Notes: a model not told the origin generated them from the sequence alone. Numbered from the stretch's first letter, positions 1 through 7,517 are shown. The stretch is 15,250 nt of DNA from Promethearchaeota archaeon (GCA_019057865.1 JAHLWP010000061.1:1-15250), one strand, 5' to 3'. Program-made: numbers and translations.

Positions 1-30
1 TGATTCGTTACTCGGAGGTTCTTTTGACAT
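1..30 (-). CDS. Possible 5' end of a gene running off the left edge (MSKEPPSNES...)
   Basis: ATG at 30..28, frame open to the window edge, same strand as and 65 nt downstream of the E2-like gene. Only 10 codons are visible. Confidence 0.3.
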   Translation of the reverse strand, partial: MSKEPPSNES

Positions 31-95
31 GTTTTTCAATTACCATTTCAATAAAAACAACTTAATAATAATAACTAGATTTTCTTCATATTTAA

Positions 96-920
96 TTATA
101 ATTCTAATTCCTTCAATCCATAACCTGATTCAATTAATTCATTTAGTTTGTTAATAAAACGAGTAGCAGGGGCACCGTCTAACACATCGTGATTAAATAA
201 TACAGTAATCGTTAAATATTCTCTAATTTCGATTTTATCATTAATAACTCCAGGTTTTTTTGCAATTCCTCCAACCGCAAAAGCTAATGGATGAGAAGTA
301 GTTGGAATTGGCCATCCATAGAATTTTCCGAACATTCCAACCGCAGTTACTATAATTGTACCCATTATTTTCTTAGCTCTTAAGGGATTTTTCAATAGTT
401 TTTTTATTAAAAATCTTCTTATTGATTTCGGAAGACTCGTATATAATTTAACCCATCTTTTAATTGAATCCTCTCCAAGTACAGTAGCTCCATCAACTTC
501 CTCCGACTGTGCTGCTCTAATTTCTTCATGAATTTCTTTAACACTTTTTATATTTGTTTTTCTTATAACTACCGACATTACAACTTTCATTCCTTTAGCT
601 ACCCTTTCGACAGGAACTGAGATATCAACATCATCAAAAGATATAATCTTACGTTTACCCTTCATCATTGAATGAACTTCTTTAAATTCACTCGCTGCCT
701 TTCCTATGCACTTCAATAGCCAAGCAGTAAATGAGAACTTTATAGCAGTCTCTTTTTCATAATTATCAATGATTTTCCGTCCATAGGTTACATCAACTTC
801 AAATAGTCCCTTTACGTAATGTTTATTATCTCCAACTGCAAGAAAATCAAGAGTAGGAATTCTATCTTTAGGAAATTTAGATATCTTATATGAACCAATG
901 ATTTCTTCTTTCTTGGTCAT
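96..920 (-). CDS. Stand-alone 2-oxoacid dehydrogenase acyltransferase (E2) catalytic-domain protein, no lipoyl domain
   Basis: C-terminal NHDVLDGAPATRF matches the E2/CAT HxxxDG motif, with KFSFTAWLLKCIGKA and MGTIIVTAVG upstream. ATG at 920 is preferred over TTG at 929. Confidence 0.85.
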   Translation of the reverse strand: MTKKEEIIGSYKISKFPKDRIPTLDFLAVGDNKHYVKGLFEVDVTYGRKIIDNYEKETAIKFSFTAWLLKCIGKAASEFKEVHSMMKGKRKIISFDDVDISVPVERVAKGMKVVMSVVIRKTNIKSVKEIHEEIRAAQSEEVDGATVLGEDSIKRWVKLYTSLPKSIRRFLIKKLLKNPLRAKKIMGTIIVTAVGMFGKFYGWPIPTTSHPLAFAVGGIAKKPGVINDKIEIREYLTITVLFNHDVLDGAPATRFINKLNELIESGYGLKELEL

Positions 921-997
921 TCTAATCAATTACAAATCTTAGATTCGTCTTCCCTAAATCTAAAAGTAAAAATAAAATTTAAAAGATTGAATATATA

Positions 998-1036
998 AAA
1001 AAAAATAAGCTTTATTACTAATAATAAGCTTTTTTT
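998..1036 (-). terminator. Imperfect inverted repeat with T-tract downstream of merA, possible terminator
   Basis: AAGCTTTATTA...TAATAAGCTT flanked by A/T runs. The context is AT-rich, so support is weak. Confidence 0.3.
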
Positions 1037-1155
1037 ATTTAAGTTGGTTTTTTAGATTTCTTTAACCAATTTAATAAATAATATGCATTAGATAAGAGGA
1101 TTTAAATTAATTATTTATATCATTTAAATTTAAGAATGAATGAATTATTTATTTC

Positions 1156-2559
1156 TCACTCAATGCAACAACTTATAACAGATATATCTCGTTTGAATGA
1201 TTGAGCTGTAAGTTTAATAGCTTCTGACAATGTAGGAAAAACGTGTATTGTGTTAATAACATCATCGAGTGTCATATGGTTCTTAATAATCATAACACCC
1301 TCATGAATTAAATCAGCAGCATTAGTAGATAAAATGTGAATACCTAAAATTTCTTCGGTTTTTCTATTGATAACGATTTTTAGTACTCCTCTATCTTCAT
1401 TAATGATTTTTGATTTAGGTACAAAACCAATTGGAATAGTATTACATCTGCAATCAAAACCCATTTGATTTGCTTGGAGATCAGTTAAGCCGACACTTCC
1501 AACTTGAGGGTTGGTAAAAATGGCATGTGGAACTACTCGATTTTCCATTTTAATCTGTTCATCTGATAAAGCATTAGTAGCAGCAATCATACCTTCTCTT
1601 GCAGCAACAGTTTCGTACATTGGTTCACCTATAACATCTCCAGCAGCCCATATATTTTCTCCTACCTTCATAAATTCGTTAACGATAATTTGTCCCTTCT
1701 TTCCTAAATTTATTCCAATTTCTTCTAATCCTAGATTGTGAGTGTTAGGCTTCCTTCCTGTTGCAATTAAAATTTGTTCTGCTTTAAATGTTGACTCATT
1801 GTTATTATGAAGTACTTTTATTACGTTCTCATTACCTTCATTTTCGATTTCAAGTATATTTGCATTTGTATAAATCTCGATTCCCTCATCTTGAAGATAA
1901 TTTTTTAAATATGTAGAGATCTCAGGTTCTTCATTTGGTACTATGCTATCCAGCATTTCAAAAAGATGAACTTTTGTCCCAAATCGAGAAAATAATTGAG
2001 CAAATTCAACCCCTAAAGCACCCCCACCTAAAACTATCATAGTCTTTGGGAGCTTTTTTAATTGAAGTGCTTCAATGTTAGTGATATAATCAACTTGGTC
2101 AATACCCTTTATTGGTGGAATAAAAGATGAGGAACCTGTAGCAATTATAAATTTCTTTGCTTTGAATGTTTTTTGGTTATCCACTTGAATTTCTGAGTTT
2201 GAAACAAATTTAGCATTACCTTCAACAAGATCAACGTTTGGTAATTTTTTCAAAACATTTTCATATTTATCATGCTGCAATTGGTTGATGAGATTATTTT
2301 TTCCCTCGATGACTTTTTGAAAATTAAAAGAAATCGATGATTTGATCCCTTCAAATCTTTGCTTTCTCGATTCGTAAATTAAATCTCCGATATTTAGTAA
2401 ATATTTTGTTGGAACACACCCTACATTTACACATGTTCCACCTAATCCTATTGCATCGTTATTTACCATTAGGGTTTTAATTTTTAAATCATTAGCTTTC
2501 ATTGCAGCAGCAAATCCAGCAGCGCCTCCGCCAATAATAATTAAATCATAAAAATCCAT
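1156..2559 (-). CDS. merA: Mercuric reductase, core form without NmerA domain
   Basis: GGGAAG FAD motif, redox GGTCVNVGCVP, GGGALG NAD(P) motif, C-terminal vicinal cysteines SCCIE. HVFPTLSE lacks the catalytic His of lipoamide dehydrogenase. Adjacent to a merB-like gene. AGGTGA RBS precedes ATG 2559 (the track starts at GTG 2568). Confidence 0.9.
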   Translation of the reverse strand: MDFYDLIIIGGGAAGFAAAMKANDLKIKTLMVNNDAIGLGGTCVNVGCVPTKYLLNIGDLIYESRKQRFEGIKSSISFNFQKVIEGKNNLINQLQHDKYENVLKKLPNVDLVEGNAKFVSNSEIQVDNQKTFKAKKFIIATGSSSFIPPIKGIDQVDYITNIEALQLKKLPKTMIVLGGGALGVEFAQLFSRFGTKVHLFEMLDSIVPNEEPEISTYLKNYLQDEGIEIYTNANILEIENEGNENVIKVLHNNNESTFKAEQILIATGRKPNTHNLGLEEIGINLGKKGQIIVNEFMKVGENIWAAGDVIGEPMYETVAAREGMIAATNALSDEQIKMENRVVPHAIFTNPQVGSVGLTDLQANQMGFDCRCNTIPIGFVPKSKIINEDRGVLKIVINRKTEEILGIHILSTNAADLIHEGVMIIKNHMTLDDVINTIHVFPTLSEAIKLTAQSFKRDISVISCCIE

Positions 2560-2784
2560 TTTTATCACCTATTAATTAAAATTATAAATTTTTGATACAA
2601 TATTGTCATTTGATTAATAGATAATAATACTTAATTCTAACTATAATTCTTGTTATTATAAAATATTAAAAAAAGAAGATTTCTATTCTTAACCAATAAC
2701 TAATTTTAATATTCAATTCACATTGTAAAAATGATTAAAGAAAATTAATTTTTGTGAGATCCCTAACACTAAATTATTCAGTTA

Positions 2785-3645
2785 TTATTCGCAACATTTA
2801 TCCTTATTATCAGTTGATGGTATCTCTAACCATTCAATATTTTTTTGATCTTGGTCAATAGATATTTCACAACTTGGAACACAGTCTATATCTAATCTTT
2901 TCTCAAAAATCTTCCGAGCTAAAATTAGTGCCTGTTTCATATTTATAGTCGTACCTTTTTGATCTGGATGTTGTTTTTCCCACTCTTTAAGACTTTCATT
3001 TGAAATAAAAAATAAAGTAGTAGAACATTGGGATCCCAGATATGTGATTAGATTTTTAGGTTGTTGCAATGCAATTTGCTCATCTTTAATTTCAATTTTA
3101 ATTTCTTGTTTAGTTATGGGATCTTTTGACAAAATCGTAGCATCTTGATTGTATGTGAAAGGAAGACCCAGTGCATCAATAACACAAGCAGCCTCAATTG
3201 GTTTGAGAGTTCTTCCATCTTTTAATATAACCTTATGCTCATATCCAATTTTAGAGATACGTGGAACTATTTTGTCATCAACATCTTTTTTTCTATGAAT
3301 TACTCTTCTCTTCTCAAGTTTTGTTATTATTTCTTCTAGATCCTGAGGAGAAATATTTAATTCTTTTCCAATTTCATTAAAAGTGTTAATAATATCGTAC
3401 TTTGAGTATTGTTCTACAATGTAATCAAAAACTTTTTCCTGACTTGGAGTCATCCCAACTTGAGGAAATCCTCTTTTAACAAATTGTAAAACAAGTTTTT
3501 CTTCAAGCTGTTCGTCGTAATTTAATTTTAGAGCTCTTTTAATTTCTTCAATGTCCGGAAAATGATGATATTGCTTATATTCACTTAACAAATATGTTAG
3601 AATCTTTCTTTCTTTAAGTGTTAATTTTGAGTCGATACTTCTCAC
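2785..3645 (-). CDS. merB: Organomercurial lyase MerB-like protein with extended N- and C-termini
   Basis: AACVIDAL (C154, D157) and SQCSTTLFF (C207) match the MerB Cys-Asp-Cys triad. ATILSKDPITKQEIKIEI matches the S-x-C-P-x-T-G segment, and SLKEWEKQHP matches the C-terminal helix. Directly upstream of merA. Confidence 0.8.
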   Translation of the reverse strand: MRSIDSKLTLKERKILTYLLSEYKQYHHFPDIEEIKRALKLNYDEQLEEKLVLQFVKRGFPQVGMTPSQEKVFDYIVEQYSKYDIINTFNEIGKELNISPQDLEEIITKLEKRRVIHRKKDVDDKIVPRISKIGYEHKVILKDGRTLKPIEAACVIDALGLPFTYNQDATILSKDPITKQEIKIEIKDEQIALQQPKNLITYLGSQCSTTLFFISNESLKEWEKQHPDQKGTTINMKQALILARKIFEKRLDIDCVPSCEISIDQDQKNIEWLEIPSTDNKDKCCE

Positions 3646-3802
3646 TTTTCAACATCCTTTGTAAATGTAAAATAGTTAGAAATAAACCTATTCCAACAAT
3701 GGTCTAATATTTATGCTAATTAATAATTTTTTATTTTTATTCTCTAGATTAAGAAAAAAGAAATATTAGATTTATGTTAAAAATTCGAGATCGCCATCCC
3801 GT

Positions 3803-3838
3803 CTCAACCAATAACTAGCATTTGCTTATTGGCATCAT
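3803..3838 (-). promoter_or_regulatory. Eukaryote/Lokiarchaeia-type SECIS element in the 3' UTR
   Basis: Minus-strand RNA: A-UGAU GCCAAUAA GC AAA UGCUAG UUAUUGGU UGAG. It has an AUGA/UGA core, an 8-bp upper stem and AAA 10 nt above the core, and starts 8 nt after the TAA of a gene with in-frame UGAs. Confidence 0.8.
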
Positions 3839-3846
3839 TGATTTTT

Positions 3847-4059
3847 TTATATTGATTTTTTTTCTCTTTCTTGAATTTGTAATCAGGGAACGCTACCATA
3901 TGCACAAAGTACTCAATTTCATCCATGAGGATTTTCTTTCCCAGTAATGATTTCTTTACAATTTTGACATTCAAGACTCATAAGTCATTGATTTTCCTTT
4001 ATTTCTACTGCATTTGAATATCTGCAAAATGGACATTCTACTAGGCATTTATATATCAT
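3847..4059 (-). CDS. GDCCVxC-domain selenoprotein, 70 aa, four in-frame UGA codons read as Sec
   Basis: Manual translation: MIYKCLVECPFCRYSNAVEIKENQULMSLECQNCKEIITGKENPHGUNUVLCAYGSVPULQIQEREKKSI*. UGA at 3987-3985, 3921-3919, 3915-3913 and 3885-3883. Fits the family pattern CPxC...C...ECxxC...GDCCVFCSYGSVPCPPIQ as I recall it. SECIS immediately downstream. Confidence 0.85.
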
Positions 4060-4084
4060 ATTGGTCAGTTAAAAAATTATTAAT

Positions 4085-4100
4085 AGATTTATTTAAATCT
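4085..4100 (-). promoter_or_regulatory. TATA-like box (TTTAAATA) within a perfect palindrome AGATTTA-TT-TAAATCT
   Basis: Lies about 30 nt upstream of ATG 4059, the spacing expected for a leaderless or short-leader archaeal transcript. The sequence is AT-rich, so chance is possible. Confidence 0.35.
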
Positions 4101-4162
4101 TAAGTAAAAACTCTTAAGTATATTAAAAAGTATATTGAGAAAAAAATACTTCTAGTATTAAA

Positions 4163-4417
4163 CTAACTGTCTTCGATAATCTTTTTAATCTCATCTGGTT
4201 TTGGAATCCCAATAATTTTATGTTTCTCATCAACAATGATGGAGGGAACAGCTTTAATGTCATATTTCTCAATTTTTTCCCGTATCTCTTCTTGAATTAG
4301 ATCTTGTAAATTGTATTCAATTATTTCACATTTTTCGCAAATGTTATTCCTCAATATTTCAATAGCATTTTTACATAAATTACATCCAGCACTAAAAATT
4401 TCAAATTTATGTCCCAT
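4163..4417 (-). CDS. Small thioredoxin/glutaredoxin-fold protein (CxxC plus a second CxxC)
   Basis: FEIFSAGCNLC active site, ICEKC, and the IKAVPSIIVD cis-Pro motif. Confidence 0.85.
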   Translation of the reverse strand: MGHKFEIFSAGCNLCKNAIEILRNNICEKCEIIEYNLQDLIQEEIREKIEKYDIKAVPSIIVDEKHKIIGIPKPDEIKKIIEDS

Positions 4418-4576
4418 TTAAGTTTAACTCCAATTTATTATATTGATTACTATATACTATCATTACTTAAATATTTTCAATTATCATCCAAGTACATTTT
4501 GGATATGAAAATCTAATAAAGGATTAAATAATTTTAATAACCTTATAAGAGACTAAATTAATCCACACTTTTCTGC

Positions 4577-4927
4577 TTATGATTGAATTGACTTTTTATG
4601 AGCCCACTCCATGAGAGGTATCATTGCATCTTTCACTTCTATGCCATCTTGCGTCAATGTATATTCGACTCTTGGTGGAATTTCTGCGAAATTTTCTCTT
4701 TTTATAAGCTCTGCTTTTTCTAATTCTTTTAATCTTATTGATAAGGTTCTTGGACTTATTCCATCTAAATTTTTCATAAGTTCATTAAATCTAATTCTTT
4801 TATTATTACTAATTGTACCAATAATTACCAATGCCCATTTTTTACTTAAAACTTCAATAACTCCTTCAATCGGGCAAAAACATATCCCATTTTCCTCTGT
4901 ATTGTTACATTTAGAATTAGTATTCAT
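4577..4927 (-). CDS. HxlR-family (DUF24) winged-helix transcriptional regulator with Cys-rich N-terminus
   Basis: CPIEGVIEVLSKKWALVII, RFNELMKNLDGISPRTLSIRLKELE and EIPPRVEYTLT motifs. Confidence 0.92.
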   Translation of the reverse strand: MNTNSKCNNTEENGICFCPIEGVIEVLSKKWALVIIGTISNNKRIRFNELMKNLDGISPRTLSIRLKELEKAELIKRENFAEIPPRVEYTLTQDGIEVKDAMIPLMEWAHKKSIQS

Positions 4928-5084
4928 ATTGATAGTAAATCACCTTATTTTTACTTACTATGCTACTATACACTTGTTAATTTAAATACTTTACTATTTA
5001 TACTTAATATATAATATATAGCAATTAATTAAAAATTTATTTATTGGAATTAATATAAAAAAAATTTTTGGAGGAAATAAAAAA

Positions 5085-5219
5085 ATGTCTAATCAACTTA
5101 AGCCAGTAAAAGATTTGGAACCTCTTAAGGAAGATGATAGTTGCGTTTGCGGTTGTATAAGCTCAAATGATAGCAACTGTGAAGAAGAAACAACATCAAA
5201 TGAAAAATGTTGTGAGTAA
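5085..5219 (+). CDS. 44-aa acidic Cys-rich micropeptide, metallothionein-like
   Basis: MSNQLKPVKDLEPLKEDDSCVCGCISSNDSNCEEETTSNEKCCE*. GGAGG RBS at 5070-5074, divergent from the HxlR gene. Not in the ORF track. Confidence 0.7.
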   Translation: MSNQLKPVKDLEPLKEDDSCVCGCISSNDSNCEEETTSNEKCCE

Positions 5220-5395
5220 AAACGAATAGGGTTTACATAGATGCAACCTTGACTCTAGTCGACCATCACTCTTGTCTACAAGAAATTCGCAAAAAATATG
5301 CAATCTAATACACGATTTATCAAATTAAAATTAAATCTTAAACTAAAATCTGAAATATTACTTTTTTTTCCATTTATGGCGATTGATTATTTAGG

Positions 5396-5578
5396 TTATG
5401 AATGTAGAAATGAAATTGATTTTAAAAAAGGCTTTTTTTGAGTAATATAAATTCTTATATAGTAATGTAATTCATCCACAAAATTCTTTAAATTGAATTT
5501 CGGAGCAATAATGCTTTCTTCCCAAGATCTATAACTTGTTTGTGGGAGCTGGCTGTTAATGAAATAAGATTTTGTCAT
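5396..5578 (-). pseudogene. Chimeric ORF: a probable gene start fused to the repeat sequence
   Basis: ATG directly follows the glycosyltransferase stop and has an AGGAGA RBS. After about 27 codons the frame runs into the 83-bp repeat. Confidence 0.45.
5415..5497 (+). repeat. 83-bp direct repeat, copy 1
   Basis: ATTGATTTTAAAAAAGGC...AAATTCTTTAAATTGAA, 81/83 identical to 13160..13242. Confidence 0.95.
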
Positions 5579-6058
5579 CTATAATCTCCTCTGAGAATTT
5601 ATAATAGCAAGTTGAGTTCCCTTACCATATCTTATCCACATCTTACAAAAATCTATAAAATTATTTGAAAAATCATGAAATACAATAGATCTACTCTCTT
5701 TCGCAAAGTAGTATCCTCTTTTTCTTAGTCTTAAACATAAATCTGTGTCTTCTCCTCCAGCAAAAGAAAAATTGGTATTGAATCCTCCAATTTCGATTAG
5801 TGGTTCCTTTTTAAAGCAGCAATTTACTGTGGGGATGTAATTCAAGTGTCTAGGAGCTTCGAGTATCTTATGTTCTGTATAATATTGACTAAGAATATCA
5901 TTATTAACGGATTTAACTACACCACCACTACCAACTAATTTCACTTCGCTTTCATTTAGCTTTAGAGTAACAAAATTTATCCAATATCTATGAACAATGA
6001 CATTATCGTCAGTAAAAGCTACTAAGTCATTATTTGAAGTCGTGAATAGCCCTCTTTT
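5579..6058 (-). pseudogene. N-terminally truncated family 2 glycosyltransferase
   Basis: The frame is open upstream of the track's GTG: KRGLFTTSNNDLVAFTDDNVIVHRYWI (DxD region), then IGGFNTNFSFAGGEDTDLCLRL and RYGKG. The N-terminal GT2 strands and a start codon are missing, with a stop at 6145. Confidence 0.75.
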
Positions 6059-6228
6059 ACAAAATCGTAATCGAGAAGCTCGATCTTTTCTGGAATTATT
6101 TTCAAGAGGAGTTTTCTTTTTCCTCGAACAATTTTTTGAACCTTATCAAACTCTTTATCCCCTTCTCTTAAAAAGATCAGTCTTTTTTTCCCAGATGCTG
6201 AAATTTCCATGCCTTGTATTTTACCCAT
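6022..6228 (-). pseudogene. Probable C-terminal fragment of a pyridoxamine 5'-phosphate oxidase-like (FMN split barrel) gene
   Basis: KIQGMEISASGK and LLKIIPEKIELLDYDFVKEGY resemble the PNPOx-like C-terminal strands. Resemblance from memory only. Confidence 0.35.
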
Positions 6229-6350
6229 TAGGTGAGTGTGGATTTTTCGCTCGTTTACAATAGTTTTTGGAATTTATAATTTATAGATGAAGATTTTAAA
6301 TTATTAACTGATATCTTTTTTATTACTAAATATATTAATGATGATATTTA

Positions 6351-6476
6351 ATGGCAAAAATAGAAGTTGCATGCAAAGCATGTGGAATGAAGTTTAAAGG
6401 AAAAACGGAAGAAGAAGCAAAAAAGAAGTTGATGGAACACTCTCAAAAGGCTCATCCTATGCCCAAAAAGATGTAA
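6351..6476 (+). CDS. 41-aa C2H2-type small metal-binding protein (DUF1059-like)
   Basis: MAKIEVACKACGMKFKGKTEEEAKKKLMEHSQKAHPMPKKM*, with CxxC...GxTEEE...HxxxxH. A T-tract follows at about 6509-6522. Not in the ORF track. Confidence 0.75.
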   Translation: MAKIEVACKACGMKFKGKTEEEAKKKLMEHSQKAHPMPKKM

Positions 6477-6893
6477 ATAGACGTTTAATAGGTCTTTATA
6501 ATATTCACTTTTTTCTTTTTTTAATGAGTATATAAGTATCCTAATATTTATTTAAAGGTCTACTTATCGACATTATTCATTCTAGAGAAAAACTCCTTTA
6601 CTTCTTTACAAAATTTGGAAAAAATTACAATAGAAGTTAATAAAAGTTTCTTAGAATGAGGAAGGATGTATTTTATTTGAGATAAAAATCAACCATTTTT
6701 TGATGTCTAAAATATTTATAAAAAAGATTGAAGGAATGGAATAGTCTTGATGTAAAGTTTTGAAGGTGTAAAATACTTCAAATGAGTTAAAGGATAGTTT
6801 TTCAGTATACTCAGAAAATGTGAGTAGGTTAATATTAGAATCTCCATATTATTTAATATTAAATAATTAAAAACTTGAAAAATCTGATTTAAT

Positions 6894-7517
6894 ATGAGAA
6901 AATTTTATGATATTTCATTGGTAATTAATAATGAAACAATAGTATATCCAGGAAATGAACCCGTAACTCTAAAACAATATGCTTTTAGAGAAAATGCCCC
7001 TGTAAACGAATCTTTAATTACTATGGGCTGCCATACAGGATCGCATGTAGATTCTCCATTTCATATTAGAACAAATGGAAAGAAAGCAAGCGAATTGCCT
7101 TTAGAATCATTTTATGGTAAATGCAAAGTATTAGATCTAACTCACATTGATTTAGAAATCCGTAAAACTGATTTACAGAAATATAACATTGAAAAAGATG
7201 ATATAATACTTTTAAAAACAACTAATTCGAATCATTACAAAAGTTTCAAGGAAGATTTTGTATATATAAAGATGAACGCAGCTAAATATTTGGTTGAAAA
7301 ACAGATCAAAACGCTTGGATGTGATTATTTAAGCGTAAAAAAATTTGGTGGAGACAATAAGGTACACGAATTGATAATAAACAATATGACGTTATTTGAA
7401 GGCCTTAATCTAGCAGAAGTTTCTCAAGGGGAATATATTTTTGTAGGCTTACCTTTGCGACTTGAAGCAGATGGTGCTCCTGCTAGAGTTATTTTAATAC
7501 AGAAAAAAGATAATTAA
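6894..7517 (+). CDS. Cyclase-family metal-dependent hydrolase (kynurenine formamidase-like)
   Basis: HTGSHVDSPFH, GCDYLSV, EGLNL and DGAPARV motifs. Confidence 0.9.
   Translation: MRKFYDISLVINNETIVYPGNEPVTLKQYAFRENAPVNESLITMGCHTGSHVDSPFHIRTNGKKASELPLESFYGKCKVLDLTHIDLEIRKTDLQKYNIEKDDIILLKTTNSNHYKSFKEDFVYIKMNAAKYLVEKQIKTLGCDYLSVKKFGGDNKVHELIINNMTLFEGLNLAEVSQGEYIFVGLPLRLEADGAPARVILIQKKDN

Noticed and set aside
1144-1158. Sec readthrough of the merA TGA (SCCIE-U-EIK*)
   Set aside because: MerA normally ends just after CC, and I found no SECIS-like hairpin downstream.
1156-2559. Dihydrolipoamide dehydrogenase (E3), suggested by the adjacent E2-like gene
   Set aside because: The C-terminal CC, Phe at the catalytic His position (VFPTLSE) and the adjacent merB all favour MerA.
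2691-2702. 12-bp match (aaccaataacta) to the SECIS 3' arm at 3806-3817
   Set aside because: It has no complementary 5' arm or core, and is plausible by chance in AT-rich DNA.
3847-4059. Pseudogene or genome-wide UGA reassignment as the explanation for the TGAs
   Set aside because: All four internal stops are TGA, three at Cys positions, with no frameshift and a SECIS downstream. TGA ends other genes normally.
5221-5255. SECIS-like hairpin after the Cys peptide (AGGGTT...AACCTT-GA)
   Set aside because: There is no AUGA core or apical AA in register, and the peptide has no in-frame UGA.
6758-6786. TTTGAAG...CTTCAAA-TGAG hairpin and a short F-U-R-C frame
   Set aside because: The 5' UGA core is missing and the frame is only about 20 codons with no recognisable homology.
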